Assembly: GCA_964572995.1 (NCBI GenBank)
Contig: CAZNIA010000002.1
Location: 1-48,568 of the forward strand
Direction: 5' to 3'
Source: Candidatus Woesearchaeota archaeon
GTDB taxonomy: Archaea; Nanobdellota; Nanobdellia; Pacearchaeales; GW2011-AR1
Length of the DNA: 48,568 bases
In this document: in pieces, positions 25,841-34,690 of the stretch
Layout of the letters: every line of letters starts with the position of its first letter
How positions within the stretch are numbered: position 1 is the stretch's first letter
Made by a program: the position numbers and the translations under genes
Notes under the pieces: generated by a model
What the model saw: the letters and a program-made list of their open reading frames with translations, nothing else
What the model was told of the DNA's origin: nothing
The model's database searches: none

Positions 25841-26164
25841 ATGGATTTTAGAGAGTATTTCACAATTAAAGCACAAAATAATCTTTCATTTGAAGAATAT
25901 ATGAAGAATATTGATGAAGCCCTTGGTCAAGACGCATTACACTTAAAACATTCCTTTCAAAATACTGTTATGGATAATGATTATGACCGAATTGTTTTTA
26001 ATCAGATAATCTTAAAAAAGGATTTTTATTTAGATATAAACTTTATTTTAGGAGGTTCAAGAGAATATCTTAAACTAAATGGAGTTATTTTTGCATCTTC
26101 TGATGAAAAGATTAACAATACAAAAAATAAATTAGAGGAAATATGTGGAGTTAAGCATGCCTAA
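25841..26164 (+). CDS. hypothetical protein
   Basis: 107-aa ORF with a TATA-like CTTTATAAA about 25 nt upstream. It overlaps the radA start by 8 nt. Confidence 0.45.
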   Translation: MDFREYFTIKAQNNLSFEEYMKNIDEALGQDALHLKHSFQNTVMDNDYDRIVFNQIILKKDFYLDINFILGGSREYLKLNGVIFASSDEKINNTKNKLEEICGVKHA

Positions 26165-27176
26165 AGAAAAAGAAACTGAAGAATTGGAAGAGAAAGAAGA
26201 AAAGAAATCTAAAAAGAAAGGTGATAAAGAATTAAGTTTAATGGATTTACCTGGAATAGGACCAGCTGTTGCTGCTAAACTTGAAGGAGCAGGAATATTT
26301 GATTTAATGTCTTTGGCTGTTTCAAGTCCTGCTACAATTTCTGATGTCTCTGGTGTAAGCCCTGCTGTTGCTAGGAAAGCTATACAGGCTGCACGTGAGA
26401 TGCTGGACTTAGGGTTTCAGGATGGAGTTGAATATGCTCAGAGAAGGTCTAATGTTTCATATATAACAACAGGAAGTAAAAATTTTGATGAACTTTTGGG
26501 AGGAAGAGGAATTGAAAGCAGAGCTATAACAGAAGCTTTTGGAGCATATGGTTCTGGTAAGACTCAGCTGGGCTTGACTTTGGCAGTCAGAGTTCAGTTA
26601 CCAGTTGAGCAGGGTGGTGCTAATGGTAAGGCTGTATTTATTGATACAGAAGGGACTTTCAGACCAGCAAGAATAAAACAAATTTCTGAAGGCATTGGTG
26701 CAAATCCAGAGAAAGTCCTGAAAAACATTTTTGTTGCAAGAGCATTTAATTCAGATCATCAAATGCTTCTTTTAGAAAAGATAAATGAAATGGTAAAAGC
26801 AGGGGAGCCAATAAAACTTTTGATTATAGATTCTTTAACAGCGCATTTTAGAGCAGAATTTTCAGGAAGAGGACAATTAGCAGACAGGCAACAGAAACTA
26901 AACAGATATTTACATGATTTAATGAAGTTAGCTGAAACTTATAATTTGGCAGTGTATGTTACAAATCAGGTCATGGCAAATCCTGCGCAGATGTTTGGAG
27001 ATCCAACAACTGCTATCGGAGGAAATATTGTGGGGCATGCATCAACATATAGATTATATCTAAGGAGAGGAAAACAAGGTTCAAGAGTAGCTAAACTTAT
27101 TGATAGCCCAAACCTTCCAGATAATGAATGTGTTTATTATGTTAATGCTGGTGGCGTGAGTGATAAAGAGGAGTGA
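26157..27176 (+). CDS. radA: DNA repair and recombination protein RadA
   Basis: N-terminal HhH (LMDLPGIGPAVAAKLEGAG). Walker A GAYGSGKTQ. Walker B LLIIDSL. Overall RadA/Rad51 layout. I prefer the ATG at 26157 over the GTG at 26145. Confidence 0.93.
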   Translation: MPKEKETEELEEKEEKKSKKKGDKELSLMDLPGIGPAVAAKLEGAGIFDLMSLAVSSPATISDVSGVSPAVARKAIQAAREMLDLGFQDGVEYAQRRSNVSYITTGSKNFDELLGGRGIESRAITEAFGAYGSGKTQLGLTLAVRVQLPVEQGGANGKAVFIDTEGTFRPARIKQISEGIGANPEKVLKNIFVARAFNSDHQMLLLEKINEMVKAGEPIKLLIIDSLTAHFRAEFSGRGQLADRQQKLNRYLHDLMKLAETYNLAVYVTNQVMANPAQMFGDPTTAIGGNIVGHASTYRLYLRRGKQGSRVAKLIDSPNLPDNECVYYVNAGGVSDKEE

Positions 27177-27177
27177 G

Positions 27178-27441
27178 ATGAGAAGCGAGAAAGATTTAGT
27201 TTGCCCTGTAGAAAAAATTTGTAAAAGTTATAATTCCTATACAGAACGTAATAATTTTGCTGTTGTGAAAGAAGAAATTCCAAGTAAAATTATTGGTTAT
27301 GCAGTAAATTACTTTTGTAAGGCTCTATATTCTGTAGAGCAATCAAAAAGGATAAAAGGACAGGGGAAAGATTGCGCATTAATTCAATTGTTAAATAATA
27401 CAGATGCATTGCTTCATCTGTCAAATAAGGCAGATTTGTAA
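27178..27441 (+). CDS. hypothetical protein
   Basis: The ATG lies 1 nt after the radA stop and is preceded by AAGAGGAG. 87 aa, no recognised motif. Confidence 0.4.
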   Translation: MRSEKDLVCPVEKICKSYNSYTERNNFAVVKEEIPSKIIGYAVNYFCKALYSVEQSKRIKGQGKDCALIQLLNNTDALLHLSNKADL

Positions 27442-27513
27442 AAAATATGGATTTTAATTAATTAAATTAGAGGTATATATTTAAAAATTCTTAAAATTAC
27501 TTCAAGATAAAAA

Positions 27514-27699
27514 ATGATAGATTTTAATGAACTTTATTCGAACTTATCTTCTATGGATAATTTTGATTACGCTGGATTAGCTTTGATTTCTACAGCAGTT
27601 ATTGGTGTTGGAGCACTTTTTTATTTTGGAAACAAATATTGCTTGAAAGATTCTAAAAAAGATGAAAAAGGAAATTTAGAGGAAAAAGTTGAAAAATAA
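27514..27699 (+). CDS. small single-TM protein
   Basis: 61 aa with one hydrophobic helix (LALISTAVIGVGALFYF) and a charged tail. Confidence 0.4.
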   Translation: MIDFNELYSNLSSMDNFDYAGLALISTAVIGVGALFYFGNKYCLKDSKKDEKGNLEEKVEK

Positions 27700-27701
27700 G
27701 T

Positions 27702-28169
27702 TTATTCAACTAATTCTTCTTTTGAGAACCATATAGAAATTTCTTTTTCTCCATTTTCAGGAGAATCTGAAATATGCATAACATTATCAAAATTATTTGT
27801 TTTTGAATTAACTTTTCCGTATCTTCCCCTTAGTGTTGAGGGTTCTGCATCATCTGGGTTTGTTTTTCCTGCATATTCTCTTAATTTTTGTATTGCATTT
27901 TCTCCTTCATATGCAATAGCAATAATAGAATGAACATTATGGTACTCTCCCATAATATATTTTAAAAGATCATTATAGAATGGTTTTTCTTTGTGGACTT
28001 CATAATGTTTTTCTGCTAAATGTTTTTGAACACTAACTAATTTTAATCCAATCATCTTTAGATTTAAGTGATCTAAATCATAAATAACTATTCCAGAGAG
28101 TTTTCTCGCCATTGCATCTGGTTTAATTAAAATTAATGCTCTTTCTTTTTGATTTTCTTCTTCTGTCAT
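27702..28169 (-). CDS. ndk: nucleoside diphosphate kinase
   Basis: ERALILIKPDA, YNDLLKYIMG and NVMHISDS (the NxxHxSDS active-site region). The ATG at 28169 gives 155 aa. The longer track ORF would run into the divergent promoter. Confidence 0.85.
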   Translation of the reverse strand: MTEEENQKERALILIKPDAMARKLSGIVIYDLDHLNLKMIGLKLVSVQKHLAEKHYEVHKEKPFYNDLLKYIMGEYHNVHSIIAIAYEGENAIQKLREYAGKTNPDDAEPSTLRGRYGKVNSKTNNFDNVMHISDSPENGEKEISIWFSKEELVE

Positions 28170-28222
28170 GATAAATATATTTTTACAACAGAGTTTAAAA
28201 AGTTTTATTTGCTGTTTTGAAA

Positions 28223-29440
28223 ATGGAAAAAATAGGTGTTTTTGCTGATTTACATATTCATTCAAGATTTTCAAGGGCATGTAGTAAAGATATCACAATA
28301 GAAAATCTGGAAAAATGGGCGAGAGTAAAAGGTATTGGATTAATGGGAACAGGTGATTTCACTCATCCAACTTGGTTGAATGAATTAAAAGAAAGATTAA
28401 CTGAGAGAGAAGGAATTTTGTATTCAAAAAGTGGATTTAAATTTTTATTAACTGGAGAAGTAAGTTTAATGTATACTCAAGGAAGGGGGAGAAGAGTTCA
28501 TTTAGTTTTATTGATACCGAATTTTGAAACTGCAGATAAAATAAATTCTTATCTTGATAAAAAAGGAAGAAGAGATTATGATGGACGTCCTATATTCAAG
28601 ATTTCATGTGAGCAGTTTGTTAAAGATATGGGGGAGATTTCAAAAGATATAGAAGTAATCCCTGCGCATGTATGGACTCCTTATTTTGGGGTTTTTGGAA
28701 GTAAATCTGGTTTTGATAGTCTGAAAGAAGCTTTTGGAGAAGAATTTGAAAATGTTCATGCAATTGAAACAGGAATGAGCTCAGATCCTGAAATGAATTG
28801 GCATTTATCTGAATTAAATAATAAATCTATAGTTAGTTTCTCGGACTCGCATAGTTTCTGGCCTTGGAGAATAGGGAGAGAAGCAACAATATTCGATAAA
28901 GTAGAGAGTTATCAAGATATTTTAGAGAGTATTAGGGAAAATAAAATCTTGGGTACAATTGAAACTGATCCAGGTTATGGAATTTATCATTATGATGGAC
29001 ATAAAGATTGTGATTTCTCGAGTTCTCCTGAAGAAACTAAAAAATTAAATGGGCTTTGTCCTGTTTGTAAAAAATCTTTGACAATTGGAGTTGCAAATAG
29101 AGCTTTGGAACTTAAAGATCAAATAAAAGAAGAGAATAGAAAGAAAAAAAAATATTATATTTTGTTGCCTTTACATGAATTAATTGCATTTAGTCTTGGT
29201 TCAAGTCTTGAAAGCAAAAAAACTTGGGAAGTTTATAATAATCTTATTGAGAGATTTGAAAATGAATTTAATATTTTGCTTGATGTTTCTAAAGAAGATT
29301 TAATTAGGGAATTAAAAGAGAATGAAAAACTTGTTAAGCTTATTTTGGAAAATCGAGAGGGCAAAATTAAAGTTAAACCAGGATATGATGGAAAATACGG
29401 AGAGCTAGTTGAAGGAGAAAAACAAGTTACATTGTTTTAA
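28223..29440 (+). CDS. endonuclease Q-like (PHP-fold nuclease with Zn-finger)
   Basis: FADLHIHSRFSRACSKD...GTGDFTHP...VHLVLL...PAHVWTP...SDSHS plus CPVCKK. This resembles my memory of Pyrococcus EndoQ (DLHIHSHYSKAVSK...GTGDSLNP...). Confidence 0.7.
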   Translation: MEKIGVFADLHIHSRFSRACSKDITIENLEKWARVKGIGLMGTGDFTHPTWLNELKERLTEREGILYSKSGFKFLLTGEVSLMYTQGRGRRVHLVLLIPNFETADKINSYLDKKGRRDYDGRPIFKISCEQFVKDMGEISKDIEVIPAHVWTPYFGVFGSKSGFDSLKEAFGEEFENVHAIETGMSSDPEMNWHLSELNNKSIVSFSDSHSFWPWRIGREATIFDKVESYQDILESIRENKILGTIETDPGYGIYHYDGHKDCDFSSSPEETKKLNGLCPVCKKSLTIGVANRALELKDQIKEENRKKKKYYILLPLHELIAFSLGSSLESKKTWEVYNNLIERFENEFNILLDVSKEDLIRELKENEKLVKLILENREGKIKVKPGYDGKYGELVEGEKQVTLF

Positions 29441-29454
29441 AATTAAATTGCCTT

Positions 29455-29874
29455 TTATTTTTCTTCTACTCTTTTAAATCCTTTTTCCAATAAAAAATCT
29501 TCTAAATCGCAGTTATCACTTAAGTTTTCCAACTTCCCTGCTTTTTTTATTGAAACTCCTCCTAAATAAGGGATATTTTTTTCGGTCTTTTCACGTTCTA
29601 ATTTTGAATAAAACCTAAAAGTATAGAAAAATTTTCCATCAAATCCTTCTGGATCGTTTATAACTTCAGAATGTCCGAATCCTCCTCCCAAATATATACA
29701 TCTTTCTCCTTTTAAAGCGAATTTTGAAATAATTTCTTCTCTTAACTCATCTTCTTCTTTGCCTATTGTTTGAGAAGGCTCCCATCTTGGACTCCCATGA
29801 TAAGCAGTATCTGTGTACTTTGTTTTTGAGATAAATTCCTTGAAATATTCTGTTTTTTTCTGATTTATAGCCAT
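29455..29874 (-). CDS. hypothetical protein ending in LLEKGFKRVEEK
   Basis: 139-aa ORF. Its C-terminal dodecapeptide is shared with 30409..30705. Confidence 0.5.
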   Translation of the reverse strand: MAINQKKTEYFKEFISKTKYTDTAYHGSPRWEPSQTIGKEEDELREEIISKFALKGERCIYLGGGFGHSEVINDPEGFDGKFFYTFRFYSKLEREKTEKNIPYLGGVSIKKAGKLENLSDNCDLEDFLLEKGFKRVEEK

Positions 29875-30039
29875 ATTATAAAAAAATTCTTTTTGTTTAT
29901 ATAATTAATTATATTTGGAAGGTATTTTTCAGATATCTAGTTTTTATTTTCTTTTTATTTAATTTAAATTATTCTTTAAGTGATTTAGGTTGTTTTTTAT
30001 TACAACAATTCTTAAAAGTGTCTTTTTATATTGTTTTTT

Positions 30040-30405
30040 ATGAAGAATAAAATTTCAAGAAATTATGAAGAAGAACTTTCTTTTGGTATTGTTGATAGAA
30101 ATGTTCTTGAAGGACAGTATTCAACAGTTTATACTATATTTCACTTAAAGAAAAATCCATTTAAAGGTATTGAAAAAGAAGTTCTAATAAAAGATTTAGA
30201 TTATAATCTTTTTGCAGGTTATATTCAAGGAGCATCTTTTGCTAAGTTGGATACAGAGATGATTTTATATAATGGGTTTTCAAAGAAGCTTAAAAAAGCA
30301 TTTTATCCTGAAAATTCAATTTTTTCATTCAATGATTCTGAATTAAGAAATTTAAGAGAATATGCAAATTTACCAAGACATATAGTTATAAAGAATGTAA
30401 AGTAG
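30040..30405 (+). CDS. hypothetical protein
   Basis: 121 aa from the ATG at 30040 (the track start at 30031 is a TTG). Confidence 0.45.
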   Translation: MKNKISRNYEEELSFGIVDRNVLEGQYSTVYTIFHLKKNPFKGIEKEVLIKDLDYNLFAGYIQGASFAKLDTEMILYNGFSKKLKKAFYPENSIFSFNDSELRNLREYANLPRHIVIKNVK

Positions 30406-30408
30406 TTT

Positions 30409-30705
30409 TTATTTTTCAGTTATCTTCTCAAATCCTTTTTCTAAAAGCATTTTTTCTATTTTTGATTCTTTGTTTACATCTGGACCTATTTTTTCTATTG
30501 TCATTTTTGCCGTATTTGTTTTTTTATAATATTTATTTAATAAAGTTGTAGATACCCTCACCATAAAATCTCCATCAAAACTAAGATATCCTCTTTCAGG
30601 GCAAATATCATCAAAAGAATCTTTCTTTAGTTCCCCAAGTATTTGATAATATTCTTCTGTTTTTTCTCCTTTATAGGATTTTTCATACACCTCTTTCTTT
30701 TTCAT
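30409..30705 (-). CDS. hypothetical protein ending in LLEKGFEKITEK
   Basis: 98-aa ORF. C-terminal motif shared with 29455..29874. Confidence 0.5.
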   Translation of the reverse strand: MKKKEVYEKSYKGEKTEEYYQILGELKKDSFDDICPERGYLSFDGDFMVRVSTTLLNKYYKKTNTAKMTIEKIGPDVNKESKIEKMLLEKGFEKITEK

Positions 30706-30759
30706 TAACTAATTATTGGATTGATCATTTATAAAAATTGTTGCTCTTTAGAATATGTT

Positions 30760-30915
30760 TTAATGTCTTTTTTGTACTTTTAATGTATTTGAAGGTGGAG
30801 CGTCTTTGATTTTTATGAACTTGTAGTGGGCATCAAGAGTTTTTTTATTTTCTACTTCTTCTTTTAAAGTATAAATTTTTTCTTTTTTTGAATTTAAATA
30901 GAATTTGAGCTTCAT
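30760..30915 (-). CDS. nop10: H/ACA RNP protein Nop10 (51 aa, no zinc-ribbon cysteines)
   Basis: Not in the ORF track. MKLKFYLNSKKEKIYTLKEEVENKKTLDAHYKFIKIKDAPPS resembles Nop10 (remembered eukaryotic N-terminus MFLQYYLNEQGDRVYTLKK...SAHPARFSPDD). ATGA overlap with the upstream gene. It lies in the aIF2-alpha neighbourhood typical for archaeal nop10. Confidence 0.55.
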   Translation of the reverse strand: MKLKFYLNSKKEKIYTLKEEVENKKTLDAHYKFIKIKDAPPSNTLKVQKRH

Positions 30916-31301
30916 CCTAGCCCAAGTATATAGCCCTTTAATCTTGTTGGTAATTTCTTTTTTAGTTTCTTCTCAATTTCTTTTGGGGCTATCCACTTTA
31001 ATTCTGCAACGTTTTTACCTGGAGCTTCTATCCCTTCTGTTGCTTCACATAAGAAATACAAACGTAATGCTTGTTTGTCTTTTAATCTGTTTTCAGCGTA
31101 AACTGCTCCAAGATTATGTATGATGTACCCTGTTTTTTCTTTTGCTACTCTTTTTAATCCAATGTCTAATTCTTCTTCATATCTTAAATCTCCTTCTAAG
31201 AAGCTGAAATTTTTATCTCCTTTATTTTTACCAATAAGTATTTTCCTAGCCTTTGGGCTAAAGAGTATCCCTATTATTTTTACATTGAATTTATCTGTCA
31301 T
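30912..31301 (-). CDS. Nudix-fold protein with a degenerate Nudix box
   Basis: LEGDLRYEEELDIGLKRVAKEKTGY occupies the Gx5Ex7REUxEExGU position. KRVAKEK replaces RExxEE. Confidence 0.45.
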   Translation of the reverse strand: MTDKFNVKIIGILFSPKARKILIGKNKGDKNFSFLEGDLRYEEELDIGLKRVAKEKTGYIIHNLGAVYAENRLKDKQALRLYFLCEATEGIEAPGKNVAELKWIAPKEIEKKLKKKLPTRLKGYILGLG

Positions 31302-31302
31302 T

Positions 31303-32007
31303 TTATTTTTCTTTTATTTCCAGTATCATTCCTGAATCTTTTGCTTTTTTCTCTATTTCTTCTAACAGGTTTTTTACTTTTTGCTCTCCTTTTTTACCAT
31401 CTTCTGTTTCCAGCATTAGAGAGTATTTTCCTGCTGAAATGTATTTTATTTCTATGTCTTTTGGAGCATCCAAAACCTTTTTTATCTGATATAATCCTTC
31501 AGCATCTAATGTTTTTAAGTATATTGTTTTTTTTATTGTTATTCTTTTTTTCTTTTGCTCCCAGATGATGTTTAATATTTTTTCAGAATTCTCTTTTCCA
31601 ATCATCTTCTCAAGTTTGGAAGTATCCTGTTTCATCTCTTCAAAGAAATAAGAAAGTCTTTTTTCTTTTGTTATTTGTTGTATTATTTCTTCTGAATTTT
31701 CTTTTAACACTGTTTTTAATATGCTTATATAGCTTTTTTCTTGATTGTATTCTTCCATTATTTCTTTTCTTTCTTTTTGAGTAACTCTTCTTAATGAAAG
31801 GCTTATTGTGTCTCCTGTGTTTTTTAGTATCTTGCACACTATTTTTTTCTTGGGGATAACATATTCTCTTAAATTTCTTATTCTCCCTGGTGCTATTTCA
31901 CTTAGTATTATACTTCCTTCTTTTTCTTCACCTTCTATTTTTACAAATACCACTGTTCCAGCTATTCTATCAACTGTGCAAAGTACTAATTCTCCTTCTT
32001 CTAGCAT
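31303..32007 (-). CDS. eif2a: translation initiation factor aIF2 alpha subunit
   Basis: N-terminal S1/OB (EEGELVLCTVDRIAGTVVFVKI...SEIAPGRIRNLREYV...ISLSLRRVTQKERKE) matches the aIF2-alpha signature. Confidence 0.8.
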   Translation of the reverse strand: MLEEGELVLCTVDRIAGTVVFVKIEGEEKEGSIILSEIAPGRIRNLREYVIPKKKIVCKILKNTGDTISLSLRRVTQKERKEIMEEYNQEKSYISILKTVLKENSEEIIQQITKEKRLSYFFEEMKQDTSKLEKMIGKENSEKILNIIWEQKKKRITIKKTIYLKTLDAEGLYQIKKVLDAPKDIEIKYISAGKYSLMLETEDGKKGEQKVKNLLEEIEKKAKDSGMILEIKEK

Positions 32008-32059
32008 GTTTCTTAAAGAAATAAAGAGGTTTTAAAGGTTATGATTAAACAAATGAAGA

Positions 32060-33397
32060 TTATATTTTTATCAATTCAACTTCTAGATTCTTCTTTAATA
32101 ATTCAATGAATTCTCTTTCCTTTTTTTTATGTAATATACATCCTGCAGCATGTTCATGTCCTCCAACTTCTCCTCCTGTGAAATTTATTGTGCTTTCTAA
32201 AAGTTCTTTAAGATTTCTTCCTTTTTTTCCAACTGACCTTGCAGATACTTTGATTTTATCTTCATAATAAGCAAGGGTTATTACTGCAGTTCCTTCCTCA
32301 TATATAGATGAATTAGAGATTATGCTTGCTATTGTTCCTATCATAGTATCTTTAACATTGTCTTGGGCATTTATTATAACAAAACCCTTCCCTTGTATTT
32401 TTTCTGTTTCTTGAACAAAATTTAATCCGGTTATTATATTTTGTTTATACTTGATATGTGTTAATTCTGTTTTCTTTTTTGCAGAAGGAATTTCAAGACA
32501 ATATTCTAAAGCAAGTTCAGATCTACCTGATCTTGAACAGGCATTTATTATTGCACTTAAATCTCTTGCATCTTCCAATTTGTTGTACATCTTTATAAGA
32601 AAAATGTCTCCAACTAAATCTTTTGTTTTTATTTTTGGATTTCTTAGAAGAATAGCAGTTGTTAAATTTTTCATTTCTTTTTCATCTAATTCCATTATGC
32701 TCTTGTATTTTCCTTTTTCTGGAGTTATTCCAGTTTCTCTTAATAGTTCTAAAACGCCTTTCATATTTCCTGTAACTTCTGGAATATAGGGGTTAGATGA
32801 ATATTCTAGAACTCTATTTACTGGGCGTGTCGAAGGGTAGATTAAAATCCCTCTTTTTCTTTGGACCCCACTTTCTTCAAGAATTCCATTATTTAATGAA
32901 TCAATTTCTTTTTCAAGGCAATCTCCAATCATTCCTAGTATAGCAAGTTTAGAGAGTTCTTTTACCTCTGGATGTATTTGTTTGCAAAAAAGGTAAGTTA
33001 AACCAGAACTACTTATCTTTTGTTTGTCTAAAAGCTGAGGATTTATTATTTTAACGTTTTCTGGTATCTCTTTGTTTATTTCGTGGTGATCTATGATAAA
33101 TACTTCTTTTAATCCAGTTTCTTTAATATGGTTTAGACTTCCTGAAGCGAGGTCAATGAAAAGGATTATTTTATCTTTGGGTAGGTTTTTTATTGTTTTT
33201 TCTTCAAGACTTTTTAATATCCTTATAGAAAACTTTTTGTCTAGTTTTTTAAGTGTGCTTACTATTATTGCTGCAGAGGTTATTCCATCTGTATCAAAAT
33301 GGCTTATTATTTGTATTTCTTTGTTTTCTGTTTTTTTTAGAAACTCTTCAGCAAATGATTTAATTTCTTTATGTAAAACTTCATCCTCTTTTTTCAT
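32060..33397 (-). CDS. DHH/DHHA1 phosphoesterase, archaeal RecJ/GAN (Cdc45-like)
   Basis: Motifs SHFDTDGITSAAI, IIDHH and GGHEHAAG. It sits directly downstream of the uS15 gene, a neighbourhood I recall as typical for archaeal RecJ homologues. Confidence 0.75.
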   Translation of the reverse strand: MKKEDEVLHKEIKSFAEEFLKKTENKEIQIISHFDTDGITSAAIIVSTLKKLDKKFSIRILKSLEEKTIKNLPKDKIILFIDLASGSLNHIKETGLKEVFIIDHHEINKEIPENVKIINPQLLDKQKISSSGLTYLFCKQIHPEVKELSKLAILGMIGDCLEKEIDSLNNGILEESGVQRKRGILIYPSTRPVNRVLEYSSNPYIPEVTGNMKGVLELLRETGITPEKGKYKSIMELDEKEMKNLTTAILLRNPKIKTKDLVGDIFLIKMYNKLEDARDLSAIINACSRSGRSELALEYCLEIPSAKKKTELTHIKYKQNIITGLNFVQETEKIQGKGFVIINAQDNVKDTMIGTIASIISNSSIYEEGTAVITLAYYEDKIKVSARSVGKKGRNLKELLESTINFTGGEVGGHEHAAGCILHKKKEREFIELLKKNLEVELIKI

Positions 33398-33414
33398 TTT
33401 ATTTTAGGAGAATT

Positions 33415-33765
33415 TTATATTTGTTTTAAGTACTTTTTTATCTTTCTTACTCTTGAGAAAATTCTGCTTCTTTCTCTTTTGGCTCTTTTGTCTTGGTGAT
33501 TATTTTTTAAATGTTCTTCGATTTTTCCTAATTTTATTTCTGTGTTTTTTAAATCAGGATTAATGTATTTGTCTTTGAGTATTTTAGATATTTTTTTATT
33601 GTATTCTTTTGGGTGGATATTGTTTTTTCTTAGCTCTTCTCCTATCTTTTCAGCTGTAAGTCCTTTATTTGAAAGTTCTATTACTTTCTTTTCATACTCT
33701 TCAGGAGAAAGCTTTTTTTGTTTTTCTTCTTCTCCTTCTTGTTTATTTTCTGTTTTTTTAGCCAT
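33415..33765 (-). CDS. rps15: ribosomal protein uS15 (S13e family), short form
   Basis: LSNKGLTAEKIGEELRKNNIHP and EEHLKNNHQDKRAKRERSRIFSRVRKIKKYLK parallel the archaeal S15 segments (LRKEGxSxxxIGxxLRDxxGIP; KHLExHxKDxHSxRGLxxxESKIRRLxKYY). Confidence 0.6.
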   Translation of the reverse strand: MAKKTENKQEGEEEKQKKLSPEEYEKKVIELSNKGLTAEKIGEELRKNNIHPKEYNKKISKILKDKYINPDLKNTEIKLGKIEEHLKNNHQDKRAKRERSRIFSRVRKIKKYLKQI

Positions 33766-33825
33766 CTTAGTACTTCGTAATGGGGTTTTTTAAAGCTTGT
33801 TGTTATGTGGAAAATACTCTGAAAA

Positions 33826-33834
33826 TTATTTAAA
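33826..33834 (+). promoter_or_regulatory. TATA-box-like element
   Basis: TTATTTAAA is centred about 26 nt upstream of the ATG at 33856. It is too close (8 nt) to the track start at 33838. Confidence 0.35.
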
Positions 33835-33855
33835 CCAATGTTTGCTTGTTGTAAG

Positions 33856-34650
33856 ATGGGGGTGTGTATAGGTATCTTTTCTTTGAAAGGAGGAGTTGGC
33901 AAAACAGCTGCAGTTGTTTCTTTGGGTTCAGCAATTGCTAGCTTTGGAAAAAAGGTGTTATTGATTGATGGAAATATATCTTCTCCCAATTTAGGCTTGC
34001 ATTTAGAGATAGTTGACCCAGAATTTTCTTTGCAAGACGTTTTAGAGCAAAAAGCAAATCTTTCCCAAGCAGTATGTAAATTAAAGAATTTTGATGTTCT
34101 TCCTGCTTCTATTTTCAAAGAGCAAAAAGCAAATCCATTCTTTTTGAAACAGAAAATTCATAATATTAAAAGAGATTATGATTATATTTTGATTGACTCT
34201 TCCCCCTCATTGGGAGATGAAACTCTTGGGGCAATGGTTGCTTCAGATGAGATTCTGATTGTTACAACTCCTGATCATCCGACATTAAGTACAACTTTAA
34301 AGGCAATTAAACTCGCAAAGCAAAGAGAAACTCCTATTTCTGGTATAATTTTAAATAAAGTTCATAAAAAGAAATTTGAGATTCCTTCTGAACATATTGA
34401 AATAACCCTGGAAACTCCAATTATGGCAGTTGTTCCTCATGATGTGCGTTTTTTGAAATCTTTATCTAAGTTTAAACCTCTACCTGAAATTCATCCTCGC
34501 TCTGAAGCAAGTGAAGAATACAAAAAATTAGCTGCAACACTTATAGGAGAAAAGTATAAACCAGTAAGATTAAGAAATGCGGTAAGATGGGTTTCTCCAA
34601 GAAAACAAGATATTAACAGAGAAATATTTTATAAGAGTGTCTTTGGGTAA
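33856..34650 (+). CDS. MinD/ParA-family ATPase
   Basis: Deviant Walker A SLKGGVGKTAAV. Walker B-like YILIDSSP. Confidence 0.8.
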   Translation: MGVCIGIFSLKGGVGKTAAVVSLGSAIASFGKKVLLIDGNISSPNLGLHLEIVDPEFSLQDVLEQKANLSQAVCKLKNFDVLPASIFKEQKANPFFLKQKIHNIKRDYDYILIDSSPSLGDETLGAMVASDEILIVTTPDHPTLSTTLKAIKLAKQRETPISGIILNKVHKKKFEIPSEHIEITLETPIMAVVPHDVRFLKSLSKFKPLPEIHPRSEASEEYKKLAATLIGEKYKPVRLRNAVRWVSPRKQDINREIFYKSVFG

Positions 34651-34690
34651 TTTTATAAATAGTTCTTTATTTGATTTTTCAGAATAATTT

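Noticed and set aside
33681-34118. 145-aa minus-strand ORF spanning the uS15/MinD intergenic region
   Set aside because: It overlaps both the uS15 5' end and the MinD-like gene (a clear KGGVGKT protein), and it crosses the divergent promoter region.
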